Below are positions 40,024 through 48,602 of a DNA stretch of 62,784 bases, piece by piece. Source of the DNA: Gammaproteobacteria bacterium. GTDB lineage: Bacteria; Pseudomonadota; Gammaproteobacteria; Magnimaribacterales; Magnimaribacteraceae. The notes beneath the pieces are model-generated. The model saw only the letters and a list, made by a program, of their open reading frames with translations, made no database searches and was not told the DNA's origin. The stretch's first letter is position 1. Every line of letters begins with the position of its first letter. The translations under genes and the position numbers were made by a program. The DNA is taken from NCBI GenBank assembly GCA_002730855.1, contig PCBA01000046.1, forward strand, positions 1 through 62,784, in the 5' to 3' direction.

Positions 40024-42189
40024 TTATATGTTCTGCAGTTTAGCGTAAGAAACCATTAACCACTTAGTTTTACTTGAATCAAAATTCACTTCTACTCTGG
40101 CATTTGATCCTTGGCCTTCATAGTTCAAAATGACACCTTCTCCAAAAACTTCATGGAAGACCCTTTGCCCAAGCTTAAACTCTGTGTCCGGGACCTCTCC
40201 TTTGGAAACCTTGCCACTTAAGGTATTGCGTCTGGGAATACTACCGCCCGTCCTTACCTCTAAAGTTAGCTCCTCTGGTATTTCTCTCAAAAACCTTGAG
40301 GGAGGATTAAAAGTTTCTGTGCCGTGGAGATTTCTCATTTCAGCGTGAACTATAAAAAGCCTTTCCATTGACCTTGTCATGCCAACATAACAAAGTCTTC
40401 TCTCTTCTTGAAGTTGATCAGCTTCCTCTATAGACAACTTATGAGGAAAAAGACCTTCTTCAAAACCCGTTATAAAAACAAGTGGAAATTCTAGCCCTTT
40501 AGCAGAGTGAAGGGTCATAAGCTGAATGGCAGATTCATGATCCGATGCTTGCGTCTCACCTGCGTCTAAGGCGGCATGATCAATAAACAATTTTAAAGGG
40601 ATCTCTTCTGCATCATCTAAAGGTTCGGGTTCAAAATCTGAAGCAGCCGTGACTAACTCTGCTAAGTTTTCTACCCTAGTTCTTCCTTTTTCACCCGCTT
40701 CTTTTTTATGATACTCAATCAATCCGCTCCTTTGGATAACGTGATCGACAAGATCCCTTAAAGGGAGATCCTTGGTTTCTATCTCTAAATCCTCGAAATC
40801 TGACAGAAAGCCCTCAACCGATTGACTGGCACGAGGAGTTAGGCCATCTGTTTCCAATAAATCTTGACAGGCCTTCCAGAGAGATGTCTCTATCTTCTGA
40901 GCTCTTGACCTTATAATATCTAAGGTCTTAGCCCCTATCCCCCTGGGAGGTATATTAATTACCCTTTCAAAAGCAGCATCGTCTTCTCTTCCAAATACAA
41001 GCCTAAGATAGCTCATCGCATTTTTTATCTCCGCCCTTTCATAAAATCTTAAACCACCATAAATTCTATAAGACAGACCTTCCCTTAGAATTGCTTCTTC
41101 CAGTGCTCTAGATTGTGCATTTGATCTGTAAAGAATAGCAACTTCATTTAAATCTCTTCCTTGTTCCATCCAGTTCTGGATACTCCCTACAACGTATCTT
41201 GCCTCATCATCTTCGTTGTAGGCCGAATAAATTGATATAGGCTCCCCTTCCTTCTGTTCGGTCCATAACTCCTTACCCATCCTTCCTTGATTATTTTCTA
41301 TGACGGCATTTGCTGCGCCTAAAATGATAGAGGTGGACCTGTAATTCTGTTCTAGTCTTATTATTTCTGTGTTTTTGTAATCCTTAGTAAAACGATTTAT
41401 ATTTTCACTCTTTGCTCCTCTCCAGCCGTAAATAGACTGGTCATCATCGCCTACGGACATAATATGGCCTTCACCTTCGCATAATAGTTTTAAAAATTGA
41501 TATTGAACTTCGTTGGTATCCTGAAACTCATCAACCAGTATGTGCCTAAATCTCTTTTTATAATGATCCAAAACATTTTCATTGGTCTTTAAAAGTAGAT
41601 AGGTTCTTAAAAGTAACTCGCCAAAATCTACTAAACTTTCTCTCTCGCACAACTCCTCGTAAGCCGCATAAACCTCATTCACTTTTTCAGCAAAATAATC
41701 ATCTGCTGTTTCAACGTCTTTTGACCTTCTGCACTCATCCTTTTGTTTGTTAATGAACCATTGAATTTGTCTTGGAGGCCATTTAGTGTCATCTAAACCT
41801 AGAGACTTACTCACCCTTTTAATGACTCTGTATTGGTCTTCAGAATCCAAAATAGCAAATTCTCTTCTTAAACCGGCCTCTTCCCAATGAGCTCTAAGGA
41901 GCCTATGAGATATGCCGTGGAATGTTCCACACCAAAAATTGCCCATCTCTTGCTCTACTATCCCTTCTATACGCCCTCGCATCTCACGTGCAGCTTTATT
42001 AGTAAAAGTTACGGTTAAAATTGAATGGGGATTGATGCCACCTGCCTTTATAAGCCAAGCTACTCTGTGAGCGATTACTCTTGTTTTACCTGAACCTGCT
42101 CCCGCTAAAACCAATAAATTGTTAGAATCTGAAGTTACAGCTTGTCTTTGAGGTTCATTTAAAGATTCAAATATTTCAGATACGTCCAC
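40024..42189 (-). CDS. uvrD: DNA helicase II
   Basis: 721 aa, collinear with E. coli UvrD along its length (LLVLAGAGSGKTRV..VDEFQDTN..GDDDQSIYGWRGA..LEQNYRST..MTLHSAKGLEF..KLGQRV.H..FGEG). Confidence 0.92.
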   Translation of the reverse strand: MDVSEIFESLNEPQRQAVTSDSNNLLVLAGAGSGKTRVIAHRVAWLIKAGGINPHSILTVTFTNKAAREMRGRIEGIVEQEMGNFWCGTFHGISHRLLRAHWEEAGLRREFAILDSEDQYRVIKRVSKSLGLDDTKWPPRQIQWFINKQKDECRRSKDVETADDYFAEKVNEVYAAYEELCERESLVDFGELLLRTYLLLKTNENVLDHYKKRFRHILVDEFQDTNEVQYQFLKLLCEGEGHIMSVGDDDQSIYGWRGAKSENINRFTKDYKNTEIIRLEQNYRSTSIILGAANAVIENNQGRMGKELWTEQKEGEPISIYSAYNEDDEARYVVGSIQNWMEQGRDLNEVAILYRSNAQSRALEEAILREGLSYRIYGGLRFYERAEIKNAMSYLRLVFGREDDAAFERVINIPPRGIGAKTLDIIRSRAQKIETSLWKACQDLLETDGLTPRASQSVEGFLSDFEDLEIETKDLPLRDLVDHVIQRSGLIEYHKKEAGEKGRTRVENLAELVTAASDFEPEPLDDAEEIPLKLFIDHAALDAGETQASDHESAIQLMTLHSAKGLEFPLVFITGFEEGLFPHKLSIEEADQLQEERRLCYVGMTRSMERLFIVHAEMRNLHGTETFNPPSRFLREIPEELTLEVRTGGSIPRRNTLSGKVSKGEVPDTEFKLGQRVFHEVFGEGVILNYEGQGSNARVEVNFDSSKTKWLMVSYAKLQNI

Positions 42190-42259
42190 TAGGCTATTTT
42201 AACTAAGAATGATGGGTAAATCCTTTTTCATTTTTTAATAGTTTAGGTATGATGAAAGG

Positions 42260-42673
42260 ATGAAAGAAGCAACTGAATTTTTTAAAATTTACTGTGATTT
42301 TGTAACTAAAGTTACTAGCGATCCTAGCCTAAAAATAGAGAAACTTAAGGAGTCTTTGGACAATATTCAAGAAAACTCTGATATAGATATACCAAGACTT
42401 CTAACAGGAGCTCTGGGCCTAGGTAGTGAAGCTGGGGAGTTTGTTGAAATTGTTAAAAAGATGGTGCTTCAGGGCAAGCCTGCTGATGAAGATAATATTT
42501 TTCACATGAAAAGGGAACTTGGAGACATTATGTGGTATTGGGTTACAGCCTGCATGTCTTTAGGATTAGATCCTGTTGAAGTAATAACTGAAAATCAAAA
42601 GAAGCTAGAAGCGAGATACGGTAAGCAATTCACTATAGATCAAAGCGAAATTCGTGCAAAAGGAGATCTTTAA
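42260..42673 (+). CDS. Small MazG-like nucleotide pyrophosphohydrolase
   Basis: 137 aa four-helix type. EAGEFVEIVKK and ELGDIMWYW supply the EXXE/EXXD metal motifs. Confidence 0.7.
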   Translation: MKEATEFFKIYCDFVTKVTSDPSLKIEKLKESLDNIQENSDIDIPRLLTGALGLGSEAGEFVEIVKKMVLQGKPADEDNIFHMKRELGDIMWYWVTACMSLGLDPVEVITENQKKLEARYGKQFTIDQSEIRAKGDL

Positions 42674-42679
42674 CCTCTC

Positions 42680-43309
42680 TTAAGTGACAGCCTTCTTTTT
42701 GTAATGCCAAAAAATCAAGGGGATAAGCACTAAACCAATAGCAGAGTGTGAATAACTTATTTGTTCGCTTATGAAGGTGTTTGTATAAAACAGAAGAAAT
42801 CCTGAAACAACCAAAAAGAACAATATAAAGCTTAATAAAAGTCCAGATTTCCTTTTTTTTGTAGGCTCCCAACCTTCTGGTAAGTGAGAAACAATCAAGA
42901 CTCCTAAACTAACTAAAGTTGGTATTATCATAGACCCATGTAATATTAATATTTGTGTTTGCCCAAATGGCGCATCTCCTAAAAAACCTAAGAATATCCA
43001 CAAAATTCCTGTAAGCCACAACAAGAGTAAAGATGAAGTAAAAAACTTAGTTTGCCAACTTGGAACATAAATTTTATAACTTCTTTCTTTCTCATCTTTT
43101 TCTTGAAGGAAGTTGAATAGCTCTACCGCCTTCTCTTCTGCCAATGACATATTCTTTTTGTCTTTAGGCAAGAAAGGTACATTTATCTTCCTGCACGTCC
43201 TCTTGTTTGTATTTAGGGTCATGTCTGCAAACCACTCCTCTCCTTCGGGTTCTCTTAATCCTATTTTCAAGCCCTTGCTAAGCTTTATTGCTTTATATAG
43301 TTTTGGCAT
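42680..43309 (-). CDS. Hypothetical membrane protein: ~85-aa soluble N-domain plus a 4-TM His-bearing C-domain
   Basis: Four hydrophobic segments. His residues sit near both ends of TM2 (LHGS...VSHL) and TM4 (SHSA...FWHY). Divergent from the haem receptor. No family recognised with confidence. Confidence 0.5.
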   Translation of the reverse strand: MPKLYKAIKLSKGLKIGLREPEGEEWFADMTLNTNKRTCRKINVPFLPKDKKNMSLAEEKAVELFNFLQEKDEKERSYKIYVPSWQTKFFTSSLLLLWLTGILWIFLGFLGDAPFGQTQILILHGSMIIPTLVSLGVLIVSHLPEGWEPTKKRKSGLLLSFILFFLVVSGFLLFYTNTFISEQISYSHSAIGLVLIPLIFWHYKKKAVT

Positions 43310-43325
43310 TTATATATTTATATTT

Positions 43326-43345
43326 GTCTCAAAATGTCTCAAAAT
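43326..43345 (+). repeat. Tandem 10-bp direct repeat GTCTCAAAAT x2
   Basis: 43326-43335 and 43336-43345 are identical, and the repeat abuts the palindrome at 43345. Confidence 0.9.
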
Positions 43346-43358
43346 TGATGTAAATCAT
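43345..43358. promoter_or_regulatory. FNR/CRP-family-like operator TTGAT-GTAA-ATCAT (9/10 to TTGAT-N4-ATCAA)
   Basis: The centre (43351.5) lies about 42 nt upstream of the transcription start predicted from the perfect TATAAT at 43382-43387. Confidence 0.4.
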
Positions 43359-43381
43359 CTTTTATATTTCTAATTCTTCCC

Positions 43382-43387
43382 TATAAT
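43382..43387 (+). promoter_or_regulatory. Consensus -10 hexamer TATAAT for the TonB-dependent receptor gene
   Basis: Exact TATAAT 44 nt upstream of the ATG at 43431. Confidence 0.5.
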
Positions 43388-43430
43388 AGCACTCTTTTTG
43401 AAAACCCAAACCAACAAATAGGATAGATGT

Positions 43431-45620
43431 ATGAAAAATTTTAAATTTATATTTTTTGCGATGCTATTGATGATATTTTCTCAATTTTCTACCTCTAATG
43501 TTCCAGAAGATACAGATGAAGTTATTGTTACGGCCCAAAGAATCCCTATACCAGCCTCAAAAGTAATAGGAACTGTAGAAACTATAACTTCAGATGAACT
43601 AAATATTGAGATGGTAGACGGCCTACAAGAACTAGTGAGGCATATGCCTGGTATTTCTTCTCATAAGGAGACTGAATACGGAAGATCTCTAACAAAAATG
43701 ATTCATATTAGAGGGATCCATGGTGGAGCAATCTACTTAATAGATGGGGTTAGACTTGCAGACTCTTATGCTGGCTTTGGAAGAGATACTGTTGAGACAG
43801 ATCTTCTTAAGGGTGTAGAAATAATCAAAGGCCCTAGTTCTGTCGAACATGGCTCTGATGGACTGGCCGGGACCATTGCTTATACAACAAAAAGCCCTTC
43901 TGATTTAACAGGCGGGGGTGAGAAATACCTGGCTGCTAATGCTTCCTACAACAATGCCAATAAACAAAATAAACTCAATTTATTAGGAGCCTATATAAAC
44001 GAGAATACTGAAGGGCTTATACAGCTAGTAAGCAGAGATCTTAAAGAAACAGAGATTCATGAAGATTTTTCTTTATCTGCAAACCCTATGGAAGGAGACC
44101 AAGAAAGTCTTTTTGCTAAATTGATTATTACTCCATCTCAGAATACAGAAATAACTTTTGTAGCAGATTTTCAAGACTGGGAGAGCGATTGGTTAATTAA
44201 TTCTGAAATAGGATTCATCTACTTCCCGACCCCAAGAGCTATAAGCTCCTCTTCGGGGCAAGACGAAGGCACAAGAGAAAGGTTAAGCGTCAATTTAGGC
44301 ACCACGAAAGAAAGATTTCTTTTCGACAGTGCTAATGTATCTATTTATGTTCAAGATACAGAACAAAAACAAATAACTATACAAAATCAAGTTTCCTTTC
44401 TAAGTGGAATGCATGCAGCCCCAATCCCCACTATGAGAATTAGGGATTTTGATTTTAATCAGTCTACTGAAGGGCTTGTCTTAGAGGCTTTTAAAACTTC
44501 AGGAAACCATAACATTGTTTATGGAATTGATTTGGTTAACACAAAAACAGAAAGACCCAGGATGCTTACAGAAATAAACTTAATGACTCAGATTCCTAGC
44601 AATGATGTTGATGGAGAGACTTACCCCAATAAGACCTTCCCTGATTCAGAAACCGAAAGAAAGGCTTTCTTTTTTAATGATAGATACAGCCTTACAAACA
44701 ACTCTGTCCTAAATTTTGGGTTTAGATACGATGACTATAAACTTGATACCTACAAGGATGCCCTGCTTCAAAATGGCAATATTCTAGATTATCAAATTTA
44801 CAATACCTCCGATGACGCTCTCTCTCTTAAGCTAGGATATTTACTTGATCTAAATGAGAGCTTAACTCTCTTTGCCCAGTATTCTGAAGGATTTAAGGCT
44901 CCAGATTATGAAACCTCCAATAGTGTCTTCACAAATTATTTATATCATTACACAGTTATTCCCAACCCAAACCTAGATTCAGAAGAGAGCAAAAGTTATG
45001 AAATTGGCCTCAGGTCTTCTAACGAATCTCAATCGTGGGAAATAGCTTTATACAACAACAAGGTTGATGGCTTCATTCAATACGAAATAATAGGTTTCTC
45101 GCAGGGGCTGGGGGTCTATCAATATCAAAATATAAATAATGTAGACATCAAAGGCGTTGAGTTAAAGTTTGATAGAAGAATTTCTGACCAAATTTCTTAC
45201 AATTTTGCTTTTGCTGCTAGTTCAGGCGACCAAGCAAAAACCGACGGAACTACCTACCCAATGATTCACGTTGATCCGAAAGAGCTGATGCTTGGTTTAA
45301 CTTGGCACTCTGAGGATGAAAAATGGTTAATAAAAAGCATGCTAAACATTGTTGATAATAGTAGAAGCGGATTAATGGACGTGTGTCTTAATAATTCTTG
45401 CGACCCCCGAGCTTCAACTTCCGGTTATGGTCTTTTAGATATATACGCATCATATAATCCAAGTGAAAATTTAGAATTTAGGCTTGCTTTAGAAAACGCT
45501 ACAGACAAAAAATATAAAACATGGGCTTCTGTTGCTATGCACCCTGAGAATGACCCAGATCTTGATTTATATGGACAGAGCGGAAGGGGGCTTTCTGCAT
45601 CACTAAAGTATACTTTCTAA
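43431..45620 (+). CDS. TonB-dependent outer-membrane receptor, haem/haemoglobin type
   Basis: Signal peptide, plug domain (DEVIVTAQR), and C-terminal ..LKYTF. Has the haem-receptor FRAP/NPNL pair with an intervening His: GFKAPDYETSNSVFTNYLYHYTVIPNPNL. Confidence 0.85.
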   Translation: MKNFKFIFFAMLLMIFSQFSTSNVPEDTDEVIVTAQRIPIPASKVIGTVETITSDELNIEMVDGLQELVRHMPGISSHKETEYGRSLTKMIHIRGIHGGAIYLIDGVRLADSYAGFGRDTVETDLLKGVEIIKGPSSVEHGSDGLAGTIAYTTKSPSDLTGGGEKYLAANASYNNANKQNKLNLLGAYINENTEGLIQLVSRDLKETEIHEDFSLSANPMEGDQESLFAKLIITPSQNTEITFVADFQDWESDWLINSEIGFIYFPTPRAISSSSGQDEGTRERLSVNLGTTKERFLFDSANVSIYVQDTEQKQITIQNQVSFLSGMHAAPIPTMRIRDFDFNQSTEGLVLEAFKTSGNHNIVYGIDLVNTKTERPRMLTEINLMTQIPSNDVDGETYPNKTFPDSETERKAFFFNDRYSLTNNSVLNFGFRYDDYKLDTYKDALLQNGNILDYQIYNTSDDALSLKLGYLLDLNESLTLFAQYSEGFKAPDYETSNSVFTNYLYHYTVIPNPNLDSEESKSYEIGLRSSNESQSWEIALYNNKVDGFIQYEIIGFSQGLGVYQYQNINNVDIKGVELKFDRRISDQISYNFAFAASSGDQAKTDGTTYPMIHVDPKELMLGLTWHSEDEKWLIKSMLNIVDNSRSGLMDVCLNNSCDPRASTSGYGLLDIYASYNPSENLEFRLALENATDKKYKTWASVAMHPENDPDLDLYGQSGRGLSASLKYTF

Positions 45621-45652
45621 GAACTGAAAGAAGTTAAAAAAAGATTTAGAAT

Positions 45653-46084
45653 ATGGAAGATATTAGTACAAGCAATAGCCCAGACATTCACAAAGCTAAG
45701 GAGTCCAGTAATGCCCTTATAAAGGCCCTTTGGATATTGCTTGGTTCTTTTTTCGTGTTATTAGCTGGAGTCGGAGTTATTCTCCCTGGACTGCCAACCA
45801 CCCCCTTCTTAATACTAGCGGCCGCGTGCTATATAAGATCTTCTCAGAAACTCTACAATTGGCTAATTAGCAATAAAACATTTGGTCCGTACTTGAAAAA
45901 CTATAGGGAAGGGAGGGGCATTCCTAAAAAAGCAAAAATATTAGCGATTAGTATGATCGTATTGTTTGTGGGTTCTTCAGTAATTTTTGGAATTGAAAAT
46001 CTAAATCTACAAATAACAGTTGGAGTTTTGGGCCTGATAGGATTGCTTTATGTAATATTTAAGGTTCCTGTTGCGAAAGATTGA
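45653..46084 (+). CDS. ybaN: DUF454 (YbaN) family inner-membrane protein
   Basis: 143 aa. GVILPGLPTTPFLILAAACY..S.KLYNWL is the family signature. Confidence 0.75.
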   Translation: MEDISTSNSPDIHKAKESSNALIKALWILLGSFFVLLAGVGVILPGLPTTPFLILAAACYIRSSQKLYNWLISNKTFGPYLKNYREGRGIPKKAKILAISMIVLFVGSSVIFGIENLNLQITVGVLGLIGLLYVIFKVPVAKD

Positions 46085-47048
46085 ATATTTTTCCAGGCTT
46101 TAAAGTCATAAAGTATTCTTCATCAAGATTTTTTTCTTTTAAAGCTTTCTTAAGCAAAGCTGGCGGCTCTAAAACTTCTTCGTCTGTTAAAGGAAAGGTT
46201 CCCCAATGCATCGCCAAAGATTGTTTAGACCCTAAGTCTTGAGATATTCGAACTGCTTCTTCTGGATTTACGTGGCTATAGCCCATAAACCATTGAGGTG
46301 CGTATGCGCCTATAGGAATAAGCGACAAATCAGGAGAGCCTAATCTTTTTCTAGTTTCAATAAAATCTTCTGAATAACCTGTATCGCCAGCATGATAGAT
46401 AGTTCGTTCAGGAAATTGTATAAACCAACCCCCCCAAAGGCTTTTATTTCTGTCTCTGAGCCCCCTAGCAGACCAATGCTGTACAGGCGTGTAAGTAAAT
46501 TTCAGCTCCTTATTAAGTTCTTTATCTTCCCACCATAAAAATTCATAGACGTTTTTAATACCTTTTTTTTGAAGTAGTTGCTTATCTCCTTTTGGAACTA
46601 AAAATACAGTATCTTTATTCCTTTCAAATAACTTCTTTAATGACCTTATATCTAGATGGTCATAATGATTATGACTAATGGTAACCACATCAATTTCAGG
46701 TAATTTATCTAAAGGTATTGCTGGAGGAATATACCTCTTAGGTCCTGCAAGCCTCATGGGAGAAGCTCTTTTAGAGAAAACTGGATCAGTGAGTATGTTT
46801 ATTCCATCAACGTTGATAAGGAAGGTTGCGTGCCCAATCCAGACAATATAGTCTTTATAGTCCTGATCTAAATTTTCCCACTCATTTGAAATCTCAATCT
46901 CAACTCTTTCTGGATTTTTGCTAGTTAAAGTCCATTTTAAAAACTCCTTGAAAGAGCGCTCGTCGGATATGTTGTTTGTATTTGTAAATCTTTCGCTAGA
47001 CATTAGTAAATTAGTAAATAAAAGAAGAGTTATTAGGCTTTTTTGCAT
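46059..47048 (-). CDS. MBL-fold metallo-hydrolase (NAPE-PLD-like)
   Basis: Signal peptide and a HxHxDH motif (ISHNHYDHLD). C-terminal HWGTF. Confidence 0.75.
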   Translation of the reverse strand: MQKSLITLLLFTNLLMSSERFTNTNNISDERSFKEFLKWTLTSKNPERVEIEISNEWENLDQDYKDYIVWIGHATFLINVDGINILTDPVFSKRASPMRLAGPKRYIPPAIPLDKLPEIDVVTISHNHYDHLDIRSLKKLFERNKDTVFLVPKGDKQLLQKKGIKNVYEFLWWEDKELNKELKFTYTPVQHWSARGLRDRNKSLWGGWFIQFPERTIYHAGDTGYSEDFIETRKRLGSPDLSLIPIGAYAPQWFMGYSHVNPEEAVRISQDLGSKQSLAMHWGTFPLTDEEVLEPPALLKKALKEKNLDEEYFMTLKPGKIFNLSQQEP

Positions 47049-47067
47049 ACAAAAAATTTACTCCTTA

Positions 47068-48051
47068 CTAGGAAGACATTACTTTGTCTATTTCTTCTAT
47101 TTGATCTTTTGTTAATCTGTCTTTTTGTTCGTATTTAATACAATCTTTAAGTTCGTCCCTATTTTTAACCCCTAAAATAATTGAAGAAATATTTTTGATG
47201 CTCAAAGCATATCTATAGGCTAATGATGCTGCTGACTCATTCCATCTTTTAGCCAAAGCCCTGAAAGGCGCTGCCCTCTCGTAATCATCAAAGTCTAGCT
47301 TGTCCATTCCAGAAGGATGTGGATCTCTATCCATTTTTTCCGTAAGAGCACCAGCTTGAACCGCTCTAATGGCTAAAATTGGTATATTATTCTTCTGGCT
47401 TTCTAGAAGTATTTCTTTGGGATTATACTCTCTGTCAACATAGCCTATTGCACCTGCTGAATTTAAAGGGTTCACTACGCATTGGATGGCTTCAGGTTTA
47501 ATCTCATGATTTATAGCCTTTTTCAAAGCTTTGTTTTGGCCAAGCCCTCCTATGCCCCAGCTTCCAATTCTTCCTTCTTCTTTTAGTTTCTCAAAAGAAG
47601 GGATAACGGTATTGAAGAATGAGGATAAAGTCGTTGAGGTCCTGTGTTTAAACTCATCATTGGTGTGGAGAATAAAACCATCCTCGATAAGCTGTGAATG
47701 TAAAAGAAAAAGGTCAACCCTTTGAAGGTTCATGCTATCTAAACTTCTCGTTAGCGACTTACTTAAGTAATCATATACTTGATCATCGGGCAAAGTTCCT
47801 AGTCTGCATTTGGTTGTTACGTGAATTCCATCAATACTTTTGCCTTTAAGGGCCTCTCCTACAACTATCTCGGCCTCTCCTTTTCCATACATGGGAGCTA
47901 CATCAATGTGCGTTATTCCATTCTCTATAGCCAGGCTAACAGTGGCTACCGCCTCTTCTCTTGTAGTCTCTCCCCAGATTTGACCCAATCCCCCTCCTCC
48001 AAGAGTCAATGAGCTTACACCCCCAAAAGGTTTAAATTTTCTATTTTCCAC
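47068..48051 (-). CDS. Aldo/keto reductase
   Basis: 327 aa. LGGGGLG..GITHIDVAPMYGKGEAE..LHS and (beta/alpha)8 AKR motifs. Confidence 0.82.
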   Translation of the reverse strand: MENRKFKPFGGVSSLTLGGGGLGQIWGETTREEAVATVSLAIENGITHIDVAPMYGKGEAEIVVGEALKGKSIDGIHVTTKCRLGTLPDDQVYDYLSKSLTRSLDSMNLQRVDLFLLHSQLIEDGFILHTNDEFKHRTSTTLSSFFNTVIPSFEKLKEEGRIGSWGIGGLGQNKALKKAINHEIKPEAIQCVVNPLNSAGAIGYVDREYNPKEILLESQKNNIPILAIRAVQAGALTEKMDRDPHPSGMDKLDFDDYERAAPFRALAKRWNESAASLAYRYALSIKNISSIILGVKNRDELKDCIKYEQKDRLTKDQIEEIDKVMSS

Positions 48052-48069
48052 TGAATTAGGCCTTTTCTT

Positions 48070-48552
48070 TTAACCTGATTTCTTAAGCCAATACATCTGA
48101 AGAATTATCCCAATCAAATAAGTTAAGAGGAAAGCTAAATGAAAATTAGCCAGCAAAGGGTCTTCAAATGAATCTATGAAAGGGTCTCCAACAGGCAGCC
48201 TTCTTAAAAAGTCGGTTATTGCTGGAATCATATGGAATAACAACGTGCTGGTGTAACCAATAGCTTGGAAGTATTTAGAAAGGAAGCCAAATAAATTAGT
48301 CTTTTCCATAATTATTCCACCGCACAAAGCAACCAAGGTTAAAACGGCCAATATGTGTGCGACTCCAAAGCCGCCCTGGTTGTAAATTCCTAATGCGGAG
48401 GCAGCAACAAGAAACGTTATATAGATGTAATATTTTCCTGAGGTTTCTAACAAAGAAATAATTCTATATTTATACACAGTGTAAAATCCTGTCAGTAGAG
48501 CTAAAGAGCCCAATACAGTGTGAAACCATCCAAGCAATGTCATCTCAGGCAT
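48070..48552 (-). CDS. Hypothetical 4-5 TM membrane protein
   Basis: 160 aa and hydrophobic throughout. No family recognised. Confidence 0.5.
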   Translation of the reverse strand: MPEMTLLGWFHTVLGSLALLTGFYTVYKYRIISLLETSGKYYIYITFLVAASALGIYNQGGFGVAHILAVLTLVALCGGIIMEKTNLFGFLSKYFQAIGYTSTLLFHMIPAITDFLRRLPVGDPFIDSFEDPLLANFHLAFLLTYLIGIILQMYWLKKSG

Positions 48553-48602
48553 ATTTTTTTCCTTTTAAATAGCGCATTATAGGGGCCTTTAAAATATCTG
48601 CA

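Noticed and set aside
43060-43309. N-terminal ~80 aa of the 209-aa membrane protein vaguely resembles a phage-integrase arm-type DNA-binding domain (beta strands followed by ..SLAEEKA..)
   Set aside because: The resemblance is impressionistic. There is no integrase catalytic domain, att-like repeat or tRNA nearby.
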